Under the pieces are notes generated by a model. It saw nothing but the letters and a program-made list of their open reading frames with translations, had not been told where the DNA came from and ran no database searches. A stretch of DNA of 64,000 bases from Desulfomonilia bacterium. GTDB lineage: Bacteria > Desulfobacterota > Desulfomonilia > UBA1062. The stretch lies in NCBI GenBank assembly GCA_963664325.2, contig CAXXDQ010000004.1, positions 608,001 through 672,000 on the forward strand. Reading direction: 5' to 3'. How positions within the stretch are numbered: the first letter of the stretch is position 1; the number at the start of each line of letters is the position of its first letter. The position numbers and the translations under genes are program-made. Positions 8,367 through 17,827 of this stretch are shown piece by piece.

Positions 8367-9875
8367 TTAACGTGGTTTTTCCATGTATCGCTCGAAGGTT
8401 GCGACATAGTCCTCAAGTCCGGCAAACGGGGTTGCCGGAATCCGCTCCGGATGCGTGCTGAAACGCCCTGCCAGCATCTTCGGCGATACGCCTTCGAGGG
8501 CGGCCAGACCCAGTATGGCTGCGCCCAGGGCCGAGGCCTCGTTCAGGTCGGTGCAGATGACCGGCGCATCCGGGAACATGGATGCGATCAGGTGGGTAAA
8601 GAGCGTGTTGTGTGAAAATCCGCCTGCTATGATGGCTGTCCTGCCGGGCGTGATGCCTGCACGCAGCATGGCCTTGCGGGTATGCAGGGCCATGCTCAGC
8701 ATCAGGATATTGTAGGTGCGTTCATAATCCTTTACGAACCCGGGGCCCTGACCCATGAAAACCTGCTCAAGCGTAAAGGTTTTATCGCCTTCGACAAAGC
8801 GCGCCGGCGAGTGCATGTACATGCCGAAGGGGACTATGGCAGGCAGGATGAACTCATTATTTTGCTTCAAAATATTCCCGATGAGAGCGGGGTTGAAATC
8901 GGGATGATCACGCCTGCCATGGCTTCCCTCAAGGAATCCCATGTACAGGTCGAACTCCAGTCCGGCCACGAAAAGCGCGGTCTTGAAAACGCCGCCAAAG
9001 CCGTCCAGGTTGAAGTAGACCATTTCGCCGATTTCATCTTCGGCCAGCCGGGGCTCAGGCACTGGATGCATGACCACGCACATCGAACCGGTTGACACCA
9101 TCACGAAATCCTTGGGCTCCCTTATTAGAAAGGGCACCATGGCGGCATTGGAGTCATGGACGCCCATGGTCACGACCACATCTGTTGAAAGGCCTGTCTG
9201 CCGGGCGATCTCAGGCGTGAGCGTGCCCAATATATCCCAGGAATTTGAAACCACGCTGGGGATCATTTCCTGTACGCCCAGAAGGTTTCTCACCTCTGAG
9301 AAGCGCATCTGTTCGAAATCCCACAATGCCGTATGAGTTCCTGCATAAGTTATGTCCATTCCGGTTTTTCCGGTAAGGAGATAACCGTAGTACTGCGGCA
9401 GGCCGAGGATTTTTCTGGTGCGGGCGAACCCTTCGGGATAGTGAGTCTTGACATAGTATATCCCGCGTGCGATCACGCTCAGGTACGGCATGCGCGGGGT
9501 GGCCATGCGGCGTTGGATATCGCGAGGGTCGCCTACGGATGCGTCGAAATCCGCATGGAAGGCCTCGCCGGGATCGGTTGAACCGGAAAGGGCCGGTACG
9601 GCGAGGCTGCCGTTTTCGTCCAGACAGACGAAAGTGCCGCCATAGGTGGATATGGAAATGGCCGTAATATTGTAGCGTTTTCCCATCTCAGAGAGCGAAT
9701 CGAGGAAAAATCCGGTTACGGCCTCAACTGGTTCATGGTTTTCCGTCCCGTGGGCAACATCGTCGATGGTGGCGAAGACACTGTCCACCTGGTTCAGGTT
9801 CAGATCATAGATGAGGAGCTTCTTGTTGGTTCGGCCTACGTCCAGAACTGCTATATGGCGTGCATCCTGACTCAT
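8367..9875 (-). CDS. FGGY-family carbohydrate kinase
   Basis: IAVLDVGRTNKK, GVHDSNAA, VSTGS, IAGGFSHN, EASALGAA; SD AGGAGG before 9875. Confidence 0.85.
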   Translation of the reverse strand: MSQDARHIAVLDVGRTNKKLLIYDLNLNQVDSVFATIDDVAHGTENHEPVEAVTGFFLDSLSEMGKRYNITAISISTYGGTFVCLDENGSLAVPALSGSTDPGEAFHADFDASVGDPRDIQRRMATPRMPYLSVIARGIYYVKTHYPEGFARTRKILGLPQYYGYLLTGKTGMDITYAGTHTALWDFEQMRFSEVRNLLGVQEMIPSVVSNSWDILGTLTPEIARQTGLSTDVVVTMGVHDSNAAMVPFLIREPKDFVMVSTGSMCVVMHPVPEPRLAEDEIGEMVYFNLDGFGGVFKTALFVAGLEFDLYMGFLEGSHGRRDHPDFNPALIGNILKQNNEFILPAIVPFGMYMHSPARFVEGDKTFTLEQVFMGQGPGFVKDYERTYNILMLSMALHTRKAMLRAGITPGRTAIIAGGFSHNTLFTHLIASMFPDAPVICTDLNEASALGAAILGLAALEGVSPKMLAGRFSTHPERIPATPFAGLEDYVATFERYMEKPR

Positions 9876-9998
9876 GAAATCCTCCTTGGTATTTCCTGTC
9901 CTGTTCAAGTCCTGCATGGCTGCCGGTTAAATCATGCCTGCAGCGGTGCTCTGTATTTTTTCTAACTTTCGGATCGGGAAGGCGTGTCACAGCGTTTT

Positions 9999-11648
9999 CT
10001 ATGACAGGATCGCGCCTTTCGATGCCGAGCCCACATATTTCACGTATCTGCGGATATATCCCTCCGGCAGTTCCCTTCTGGCAGGTTTCCAGGCAGCCTT
10101 CCTGTTTTTCAGCTCTTCATCGGAGACATGCAGCTCAAGCGATCTTCCCGGGATGTCTATGGTTATCTCGTCGCCGTCTTTTACCAAAGCGATGGGTCCG
10201 CCGTCGTACGCCTCCGGCGCCACGTGGCCTATGCACGGCCCCTCGGTTCCGCCCGAGAACCGGCCGTCCGTTATAATGGCCGTTTTCTTGATGCCAAGCG
10301 CTGAAAGGCCCATGGTCACGGCCAGGGTTTCAGGCATGCCGGGTCCGCCCTTCGGACCCTCGTTCCTGATGACGAGGATCTCATTTTCGCGGACATTATT
10401 CTCTCGCAAGGCCATGAGGGCGTCATGCTCGGATTCGAACACCCGCGCAGGAGCGGTGAACTTCATCATGTCCTTTGCAACGGCCGACTGTTTGATGACA
10501 GAGCCTTCCGGGGAAAGGTTGCCGTAAAGGACCACGGTCCCGCCCTCGGGGTAGAATGCATCTGCTTTATCCGGTATCACATCGGCATCCTTAACTGTAA
10601 AGAGCGGCATCAGATCGCCCCATGTCAGTCCGAGTGCCGTCTTTGCGTCTGTGTGGATGTCGCCTGCAAGGACCTTGATGACGGCTGGCACGCCTCCTGC
10701 CATAAAGAAGTCTATCATCCCGTCCGGGCCGTTGGGCATGAGTTTGCAGAGCGTGGGTATTTTCGTGTTGAAGTCGTTGAACTTCTTTATGGGGAAGTCG
10801 ATGCCGAGATCATGCGCAATCGCCGGGATGTGCAGGGCCGCATTTGTCGATCCGCCTATGGCGAGATCGATCATGAGCGCGTTTTCGAGCGCCTTCATGT
10901 CCACGATCTTTCTTATCGTGAGGTCTTCCTCAACCATCGAGACGATCCGTTTTCCGGAATTCCTGGCAAACAGCAGCTTCTTCGAATGAAAACCCGGGAC
11001 GCTTGATGACCCCGGAAGGGTGAGGCCCATCGCTTCAACAATGCTCTGCATGGTGTTTGCCGTTCCGATGACCTCGCACGACCCGCATGTGGCCGCGGTG
11101 ATGGTTTCGGCCTTGCATATGGGATCATCGAAATCCAGGTTTGAGATGCTTTTTCTCTTTTTCTGCTCGGGATTGAACCTGATCTGCCAGGAGCCAGGTC
11201 CTCCTGTCAGGAATATGGAGGGCAGGTTCAGCCTGGAAGCGGCCATCACCATGCCCGGGATGATTTTGTCGCAGCTCGCTATCATCACTATCGCGTCATA
11301 CTGCATGCTGCGGCAATGGGTTTCCACAATATCGGCAATCAGGTCCCGCTGGGCCAGGATGAATCGCATGCCGCTGTTGCCTTCGGTCAGGACGTCGCAC
11401 GGGGCGGGCACACTGAACTCCATCGGGATGCCTCCGGCCATGAACACGCCTTCCTTGACCTTCTCGGCAAGATTTCCAAGGTGCATGTGCCCCGGGTTGA
11501 TATCCGTCTGGGAATTGACTATGCCTATGATCGGCTTCTGGTTCAAGTCCTCCTTCTCAAAGCCCAGGCCGTCCAGACACTGCAGGCGCGCCACGCAGAT
11601 CGGGAAATCATTGGTATCGAATATGGGCTGGCTCCTGAGTTTTTTCAT
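9999..11648 (-). CDS. ilvD: IlvD/Edd-family dihydroxy-acid dehydratase
   Basis: NPGHMHL, CD, SCDK, TANTM, GGSTN, EGPKGGPGMPE, TDGRFSGG, IGHVAPEA. Context suggests a sugar-acid dehydratase. Confidence 0.88.
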   Translation of the reverse strand: MKKLRSQPIFDTNDFPICVARLQCLDGLGFEKEDLNQKPIIGIVNSQTDINPGHMHLGNLAEKVKEGVFMAGGIPMEFSVPAPCDVLTEGNSGMRFILAQRDLIADIVETHCRSMQYDAIVMIASCDKIIPGMVMAASRLNLPSIFLTGGPGSWQIRFNPEQKKRKSISNLDFDDPICKAETITAATCGSCEVIGTANTMQSIVEAMGLTLPGSSSVPGFHSKKLLFARNSGKRIVSMVEEDLTIRKIVDMKALENALMIDLAIGGSTNAALHIPAIAHDLGIDFPIKKFNDFNTKIPTLCKLMPNGPDGMIDFFMAGGVPAVIKVLAGDIHTDAKTALGLTWGDLMPLFTVKDADVIPDKADAFYPEGGTVVLYGNLSPEGSVIKQSAVAKDMMKFTAPARVFESEHDALMALRENNVRENEILVIRNEGPKGGPGMPETLAVTMGLSALGIKKTAIITDGRFSGGTEGPCIGHVAPEAYDGGPIALVKDGDEITIDIPGRSLELHVSDEELKNRKAAWKPARRELPEGYIRRYVKYVGSASKGAILS

Positions 11649-11861
11649 CTTTGTCCCTCCTTATAAAAGGTTGTCGATCAAGTTTATGGCTTGTTCATAC
11701 CGGTTAATATCTTGTCCCGTAACTTCCTTCTGCAAGCTTCTTCTTGCTTCCGGTGCGGGAATATGATGTTTGTTTGGTTGACCCGTTCTTCTCTTCTGAA
11801 AAGGAACCAAGCCCTTTCCTGTATCGTTTAGCACAAGTCGGATCAAAAGGGCTAGTAGGGC

Positions 11862-11876
11862 ATGCAAGTATTGCAT
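11862..11876. promoter_or_regulatory. Candidate operator palindrome in the divergent intergenic region
   Basis: ATGCAA-GTA-TTGCAT perfect inverted repeat. Confidence 0.35.
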
Positions 11877-12080
11877 CAGGCTCGGATTTTTTGCTTGCGA
11901 TATACGACCGCAGTCATATGATTATCATCCGGAGGCTCTTATCGCAGTATGGAAAGTTCAGTGCGCCATGACGCTCGATAATTCGGCTGCCGGGAGCTGC
12001 TGAATATTTTTATTGAACAAAACAGGTGAACAACCGAAAAGGCGGGAAAGAAAACCCGTTACCGGAATAAGGAGGTTGCC

Positions 12081-13064
12081 ATGATGTTTGAAGGTGTTTT
12101 CCCAGTCGTACCGACCCCGCTCTTTGATGACGAACAGGTTGATCACAAGGGTTTGAAGCATCTGATCGAATACTACATTACCAGCGGGTGCCACGGCCTG
12201 GTGGTCATGGGCAGCGGGGGCGAGTTCCCCTATGTCACGCTTGAGGAGCGGCGCGCTATTATCTCCTCCGCCGCAGAGGCGAATGCCGGGCGCGTGCCGC
12301 TTGTATCAGGATGCGGCTTCTACAGCCTTCAGGAAACCCTCGCCTTCTTAAGCTCCTGTGAGGGATTGCCGCTCGACGGACTTCTGGTGGCGCTGCCGAC
12401 ATATTTTCCGCTGAAGTTCGATGACGTTTTCAGCTATTATAAAGAGATCGCCCGGCGAGCGCCCTGCCCTGTACTCTATTACCACTTCCCGCAGATGACC
12501 GGCCTTTTCTTCACCCCGGAACAGCTCGGGCAAATCCTGAGGATCGACGGCATTGCGGGCATGAAGGTGAGCTGCTTCTGCCTGAAGGAAATGCGCCAGC
12601 TCCTGGAACAGGCGCCTGCCGGGAGGTTCAGCCTCTTTGCCGGCGTGGGCTTCCTGCTGCGCCATACCATTGAAATGGGAGGCCGCGGTGTCATCGACCC
12701 CGTCGCCTCATTCGCCCCGTACCTGGTTGTGGAGGCTTATAATGCATGCAGGAAAGGCGACGCACAGCGTTCGCTGGAACTCCAGGAGAGGATTCTTGAT
12801 ATGATCCCGGTTTTGAATTCGTTCGCTCTTCCGGCCTTTGTCCAGAAGAGGGGCTTCAAGCTGATGTCGCAGATGCCCAAACCGTCGCGCACTTCCGGCA
12901 GGGCCGCCCGGCACGCCGTCATCAAGGAGGTCATCAGGCAGCTAGGCCATCCGGTTACTCCGCGTGTCCGCACGCCCCTGCCCCAGCTCACGGATAAGGA
13001 ACGCGAGCAGATAAAGGCTTTCATTGCGGGCAACCCCGATCTAACCAGCGTGTCCCATCGATGA
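12081..13064 (+). CDS. DapA/NanA-family class I aldolase
   Basis: GSGGEF (GxxGE), LYYHFPQMTG, IAGMK (Schiff-base lysine). Confidence 0.88.
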   Translation: MMFEGVFPVVPTPLFDDEQVDHKGLKHLIEYYITSGCHGLVVMGSGGEFPYVTLEERRAIISSAAEANAGRVPLVSGCGFYSLQETLAFLSSCEGLPLDGLLVALPTYFPLKFDDVFSYYKEIARRAPCPVLYYHFPQMTGLFFTPEQLGQILRIDGIAGMKVSCFCLKEMRQLLEQAPAGRFSLFAGVGFLLRHTIEMGGRGVIDPVASFAPYLVVEAYNACRKGDAQRSLELQERILDMIPVLNSFALPAFVQKRGFKLMSQMPKPSRTSGRAARHAVIKEVIRQLGHPVTPRVRTPLPQLTDKEREQIKAFIAGNPDLTSVSHR

Positions 13065-13139
13065 AGGGGGCCGGAAGGCCGGGATGCGCCAGCGCCCTTG
13101 AAATCAAGGGGAAATTCAAATTTTAATACAGGAGGGTAT

Positions 13140-14108
13140 ATGGATAAGGTCGTTTCACTGGCGCCTCTTCCGGCAGCGATCTTCAAAGAGCTGTTCAGGA
13201 TGCACGGGATTGAGGATGTCGAGGTCGTTGATGCCAGCGACTTTGATGCCGCTCAGATCGTAGAGACTGTCAGTGATGCTGATTACATCATCGGGGATTA
13301 TCGCCACCATTGTCAAATCTCCCGGGAGGTTGTCCAGGCCGCCAGGAAGGTAAAGCTTATTCAGCAACCCAGCGTAGGGTACGAGATCATCGATGTTGAA
13401 GCCTGCAGGGAGTTCGGAATAAAGGCGGCCAACACAGCCGGCGCCAATACTGTTGCCGTGGCCGAGCAGACAATCATGACCGCCTTGTGCCTGCTCAAGA
13501 ATCTCATTTGCGCCGCGCGCACGACATCGGCCGGGGAATGGCGGCAGTTGGATATACGGGCCGCCGAGCTCAGCGGGAAAACCTGGGGCATTGTCGGCCT
13601 GGGCCGTATAGGCAGGGCCGTGGCCGAACGGCTGATTCCCTTCGGCGTGCGCACTGTCTACTATGATCCTTTGCGGCCGGATGCGGAAGGGGAGGAACGC
13701 TACCGGGTGACATATGCAGAACTGGATGACGTGCTCAGGCAATCCGACATACTGAGCCTGCACTGTCCGCTCACACCGGTGACGAAGGGTATGATCGACA
13801 GTCGGAAAATCGCTCTGATGAAGGCCGGGGCAATGATTGTCAACACCGCGCGGGGTGAGGTAATAGAGGAGGAGGCCCTGGCCGGGGCGCTGAGCGAAGG
13901 CCGGCTGAGCGGAGCGGCCCTGGATGTCTTCGCCGTCGAACCCATAAAACCGGACAACCGGCTGCTGCCCCTGGCTGGCGACAAGGTGATCCTGACGCCG
14001 CATATAGCGGGGGTGACCCAGGAGGCCCAGGGACGTATCATCACCATGACCATTGCCAACATCGTAAGGGTTATGCAGGGGCAGTCCCCGGAAAACCTGA
14101 TAACATAA
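13140..14108 (+). CDS. D-isomer-specific 2-hydroxyacid dehydrogenase
   Basis: GIVGLGRIG, SLHCPLT, VNTARG, AALDVFAVEP, TPHIAG; SD AGGAGG before 13140. Confidence 0.93.
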   Translation: MDKVVSLAPLPAAIFKELFRMHGIEDVEVVDASDFDAAQIVETVSDADYIIGDYRHHCQISREVVQAARKVKLIQQPSVGYEIIDVEACREFGIKAANTAGANTVAVAEQTIMTALCLLKNLICAARTTSAGEWRQLDIRAAELSGKTWGIVGLGRIGRAVAERLIPFGVRTVYYDPLRPDAEGEERYRVTYAELDDVLRQSDILSLHCPLTPVTKGMIDSRKIALMKAGAMIVNTARGEVIEEEALAGALSEGRLSGAALDVFAVEPIKPDNRLLPLAGDKVILTPHIAGVTQEAQGRIITMTIANIVRVMQGQSPENLIT

Positions 14109-14271
14109 AACGCCTGTCGGCTATACAGGGTAATGAAAGCCGCTTCCCGTGAATAGCAGGCCCGGGCAGCAGTTTCCTATTCCGGGGGACGCCGGAAAAT
14201 CAAGGATTGTCACGCTTTAAGCAGCATCAAAATCGAATCTTGTTCCGTCTGAATAAAATGGCAGGACATAA

Positions 14272-14309
14272 GGGGACGCCGGTAACCGATTAACAGTGCG
14301 GCGTCACCC
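14272..14309. terminator. Hairpin between convergent genes
   Basis: GGGGACGCCG...CGGCGTCACCC inverted repeat. Confidence 0.4.
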
Positions 14310-14328
14310 GCATATCCTTCATGGCCTC

Positions 14329-15255
14329 TCAGTCATAATTGACAGGCGTCAGATACTCGGGCCTGCTGTGCGCATCCCAGAACGCCTTGTGGATCTTCAT
14401 TGAAACCGGGCCTGCTTTGCCGTCGCTCAGAACGGCGTCATCCACCTTCCTTACAGGCATGATTCCGCCCGCAGTGGTGCTCATGAATACTTCATCCGCA
14501 CCGCGCACTTCATCCGCGGTAATCTTGCAGGCCCTGGCCGGTATGTTCATTTCCTTTGCAAGCTCGAAGACCGTCTGGCGGGTAATGCCGAGCAGACAGC
14601 CGTCATCCGGTGTTTTGAGTTCGCCGTTCCTGTATATCCATACATTGAATCCCACGCCCTCGGTTAAATAACCATTGCTGTCCAGAAGGAATGCCGTGAA
14701 TGCGCCTTTTTTGTGAGCTTCAATGTCAGCCCTGACCAGGTCTCCCCAATGGTGATTTTTAATGGTGGGGTCTACGCATTCTTTCGGTATCCGGGGAACT
14801 GAACTGATTATCGCATCGACTCCGGTACTGTGCAGTTCCGGTTCAACGACCCAGACGAAATCGCAGTTGAAGGCATAGAACTGGTTCTGGTACTTCTCAA
14901 AATTCTTGGGATCTTCTATATCCGGAATACCCCTTGTTGCGCACATGAAAACGTATGAGTTTCTGAGCTGTGAGATTGCTACCATGTCGATCAGGATTTG
15001 CCTCATCTCCTGCTTGGTCTTGGGCAGGGAGGTAAGGCCGAGTCCCTGATAACTCTTTTCGAAGCGGTTCATGTGGTCATCCAGCCTGAAGAAGCTTCCC
15101 TGCCAGACGCTTACCACGTCATAGCAGACGTCGCTGTGCAGAAAACCCATATCGATTATGGGGATCGTCCCTTCCAGGACTGAAACTATTTTTGTGCCGT
15201 TGTAGGCGGCTCCCAGTGCGTAAATGCCTGCATCCTTGATCTTTTCTTCGCTCAT
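14329..15255 (-). CDS. Fold-type IV PLP aminotransferase, (R)-selective amine transaminase-like
   Basis: GFLHSDVCYDVVSVWQG, DPTIKNHHWGDL, TEGVGFN, LLGITR, STTAGG. Confidence 0.85.
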   Translation of the reverse strand: MSEEKIKDAGIYALGAAYNGTKIVSVLEGTIPIIDMGFLHSDVCYDVVSVWQGSFFRLDDHMNRFEKSYQGLGLTSLPKTKQEMRQILIDMVAISQLRNSYVFMCATRGIPDIEDPKNFEKYQNQFYAFNCDFVWVVEPELHSTGVDAIISSVPRIPKECVDPTIKNHHWGDLVRADIEAHKKGAFTAFLLDSNGYLTEGVGFNVWIYRNGELKTPDDGCLLGITRQTVFELAKEMNIPARACKITADEVRGADEVFMSTTAGGIMPVRKVDDAVLSDGKAGPVSMKIHKAFWDAHSRPEYLTPVNYD

Positions 15256-15419
15256 GTTTCCTCCTTTCCTATTCTTATCAAAGTAAAGTGCAAACCATGT
15301 TGTTTATAGATTAAAATAACACTTTTGAACAGGTACAATACAATAGTGCAATGATGGGGACGTCCATGAACAAATAACCTGGTCGCCCCCGGGGGTAATG
15401 CTTCGCAACGCTATTATGC

Positions 15420-17090
15420 CTAGTTGATCCCCGTTATATTGCCGTCGTCGTCGATATCGATCCTGTAGGCTGCCGGCACTCTGGCCAGGCCGGGCATGCG
15501 CAGTATCTCGCCGGTGATGGGGATGAGGAAGCCGGCGCCCGAGGCGATCTTGATTTCGCGCACCGTGACGATAAAGTTCGACGGCAGGCCCAGTAAGGAC
15601 GGGTTGTCCGAGAGAGACTGCTGGGTTTTGGCGATGCACACCGGCAGCTTGTCGTAGCCGTATTTGCGGATCAGGTCCAGGTTGCGCTTGGCCAGGGGCT
15701 GGTAGTCGACCGAGACCGCGCCGTAGATTTCGCTGGCCACGGCGAAGATCTTGTCCTCCACGGGCTGGTGCCATTCATAGAGCGGGCGGTAGGTGCCGGT
15801 GGCTGCCTCTGCCAGGCGGGCGGTCTTTTCGGCCAGGTCCAGGCCGCCTTCGCCGCCCCGGCGGAAGATGTCGGCCGCGGCGATGTTCATGCCTTCGTCC
15901 TCGGCTGCTGCGATGACGGCACGGATTTCATCGTCAGTATCCGCTTCGAAGCGGTTGAGCGCAATGATGCATTCCACGCCGAACTTGGCGATGTTCTCAT
16001 AGTGCTTGCGCAGGTTGGCCATGCCCAGCACGGCCAGGCGGGGATTGGGCGCATCCAGTTCATCACGCTCCACGCCTGCGTGGTATTTGAGGGCCCGCAC
16101 CGTGGCCACCAGGACCACCACCCTGGGATTGAATTCACCGTAACGCGCCACAATATCGAAGAATTTTTCAGCGCCCAGGTCGAAGCCGAAGCCGGCCTCG
16201 GTGACAACGAAATCAGCCAGCTTGAGCGCCAGGTCGGTAGCCATGATGCTGTTTGTGCCCTGGGCTATATTGGCGAACGGTCCGCCGTGGATAACGGCCG
16301 GCACGCCTTCGGTGGTCTGGACCAGGTTTGGCAGAAGGGCGTGTTTCAAAAGCGCAGTGACCGCGCCTTCCACCTTGAGGTCGCCGGCGATGACCGGTTT
16401 GTCGTCATAGGTCAGGCCCACCATGATGCTGCGGATCTTGTCCTTGAGCTCCTTATACGAGCGCGACAGGCACAGGATGGCCATGATCTCGCTGGATGGC
16501 ACGATATCGAAGCCGGTTTCGCGCGGCACGCCGTTGGTGGAGCCGCCCAGGCCGATCACTATATCACGCAGAGAGCGGTCGTTCAGGTCCACCACCCGGC
16601 GCCAGGTGATCTTGCGCGGATCGATGTTCAGGGGATTGCCGTGGAACACGGAATTGTCCAGGAGGGCGGAGAGCAAATTATGGGCGCTCTCGATGGCCGG
16701 GAAGTCATTGGTAAAGTGCAGGTTGATATCCTCAACCGGCAGCACGCGCGATTTTCCGCCGCCCGTGGCCCCGCCCTTGATACCGAAGACCGGGCCCAGC
16801 GACGGTTCGCGCAGGGCCGCGACGGTCTTTTTGCCGAGCCTGGCCAGGGCCTGGGCCAGGCCGATGGAGACCGTAGTCTTGCCTTCGCCGGCGGGCGTCG
16901 GTGTCATGGCCGAGACCAGGATCAGGCTGGCGCCTTCGCGGCGCTTGAGGCGCCGGATGGTCTCAATGCGGACCTTGGCCTTGTAGGGGCCGTAGCTTTC
17001 CAGGTCGTCTTCAGCCAGGCCGATTGACTGCGCGATCTCGATGATGGGCCTGATGCCTGCTTTGCCTTCGTGCGTGCGCGATCTGGCCAT
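15420..17090 (-). CDS. fhs: Formate--tetrahydrofolate ligase
   Basis: TPTPAGEGKTT, LREPSLGPVFGIKGGATGGG, HGGPFANIAQG, TEAGFGFDLGAEKF, CIAKTQ, MPGL. Confidence 0.97.
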   Translation of the reverse strand: MARSRTHEGKAGIRPIIEIAQSIGLAEDDLESYGPYKAKVRIETIRRLKRREGASLILVSAMTPTPAGEGKTTVSIGLAQALARLGKKTVAALREPSLGPVFGIKGGATGGGKSRVLPVEDINLHFTNDFPAIESAHNLLSALLDNSVFHGNPLNIDPRKITWRRVVDLNDRSLRDIVIGLGGSTNGVPRETGFDIVPSSEIMAILCLSRSYKELKDKIRSIMVGLTYDDKPVIAGDLKVEGAVTALLKHALLPNLVQTTEGVPAVIHGGPFANIAQGTNSIMATDLALKLADFVVTEAGFGFDLGAEKFFDIVARYGEFNPRVVVLVATVRALKYHAGVERDELDAPNPRLAVLGMANLRKHYENIAKFGVECIIALNRFEADTDDEIRAVIAAAEDEGMNIAAADIFRRGGEGGLDLAEKTARLAEAATGTYRPLYEWHQPVEDKIFAVASEIYGAVSVDYQPLAKRNLDLIRKYGYDKLPVCIAKTQQSLSDNPSLLGLPSNFIVTVREIKIASGAGFLIPITGEILRMPGLARVPAAYRIDIDDDGNITGIN

Positions 17091-17096
17091 TGGCGT

Positions 17097-17636
17097 TTAC
17101 TTGATGAAAGTCGCTTCGAAGCGGATATCGATGTTATATTCGTCGCCCAGACGGTTAAAGTCTCTTTTCAGGTCGCTGATCTTAACGGCCGGCGGCAGGG
17201 CGAAATAGCAGACCATACTGAACACGTTGGCGCCCGTGACCGGGTTGCTGTCCACCGTGCTGGCGATGTCGTCGATGTTGATGCCCCGCTGCAGGAGCAC
17301 CTTGCAGATCTGATGCACGATGCCGGGGTGATCGATGGAAATGGCCGTGAGCTTGTACGGGATGGACGGCAGCACTTCGCGGTGGCTCGGCGCCTTGGTC
17401 TTGCGCACGTGAATCTCGAGCCCGGTCTTTTCCCTCAGGCTGTCTAGCTCGCCGATGAAGCGTTCGATATCCTCGGTATTGCCTGAAGTGAGGATGATCA
17501 TGCCGAATTCATTGCCCAGCACGCACCCCCGCGAACGGTCGATGTTGATGCCGCGCGCGCTGAAGAATTCGGCGATTTCCTTGGCCAGACCCGGCCGGTC
17601 CGGCCCCATGGACGAAAACACCACATATGATCGCAT
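17097..17636 (-). CDS. Tandem ACT-domain protein (GcvR-like)
   Basis: GPDRPGL and SIDHPGIV ACT motifs; 179 aa. Confidence 0.85.
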   Translation of the reverse strand: MRSYVVFSSMGPDRPGLAKEIAEFFSARGINIDRSRGCVLGNEFGMIILTSGNTEDIERFIGELDSLREKTGLEIHVRKTKAPSHREVLPSIPYKLTAISIDHPGIVHQICKVLLQRGINIDDIASTVDSNPVTGANVFSMVCYFALPPAVKISDLKRDFNRLGDEYNIDIRFEATFIK

Positions 17637-17827
17637 ATGACGCCCCCGTAAGAAGCTTAGTTTCTCAGCACATAACCACCCCGGAGCGCGGCTGTCAAGG
17701 AAGTAAAGCAGATCATCCCGGTTGCCTGCGGCCGGCGGGAAAGGCGGTGGGATAGGAGTACGGACAGTCCATGAACCGCGGCTGAAGTTCTGTTTGCGTG
17801 TGCGCCGTGTTCTTTTATGCTGCGGCC

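Noticed and set aside
11661-11876. 71-aa ORF upstream of ilvD
   Set aside because: No SD or recognisable motif; it lies in the probable divergent promoter region.
15768-17027. 419-aa plus-strand ORF and the many other long antisense ORFs (e.g. 200-859, 13155-14003, 52877-53902)
   Set aside because: They are shadows of well-supported genes on the opposite strand in GC-rich sequence and carry no motifs.
17640-17825. ZTP (pfl), THF or glycine riboswitch upstream of the ACT-fhs pair
   Set aside because: No conserved core on the coding strand, and a TTGACA promoter sits close to the start codon.
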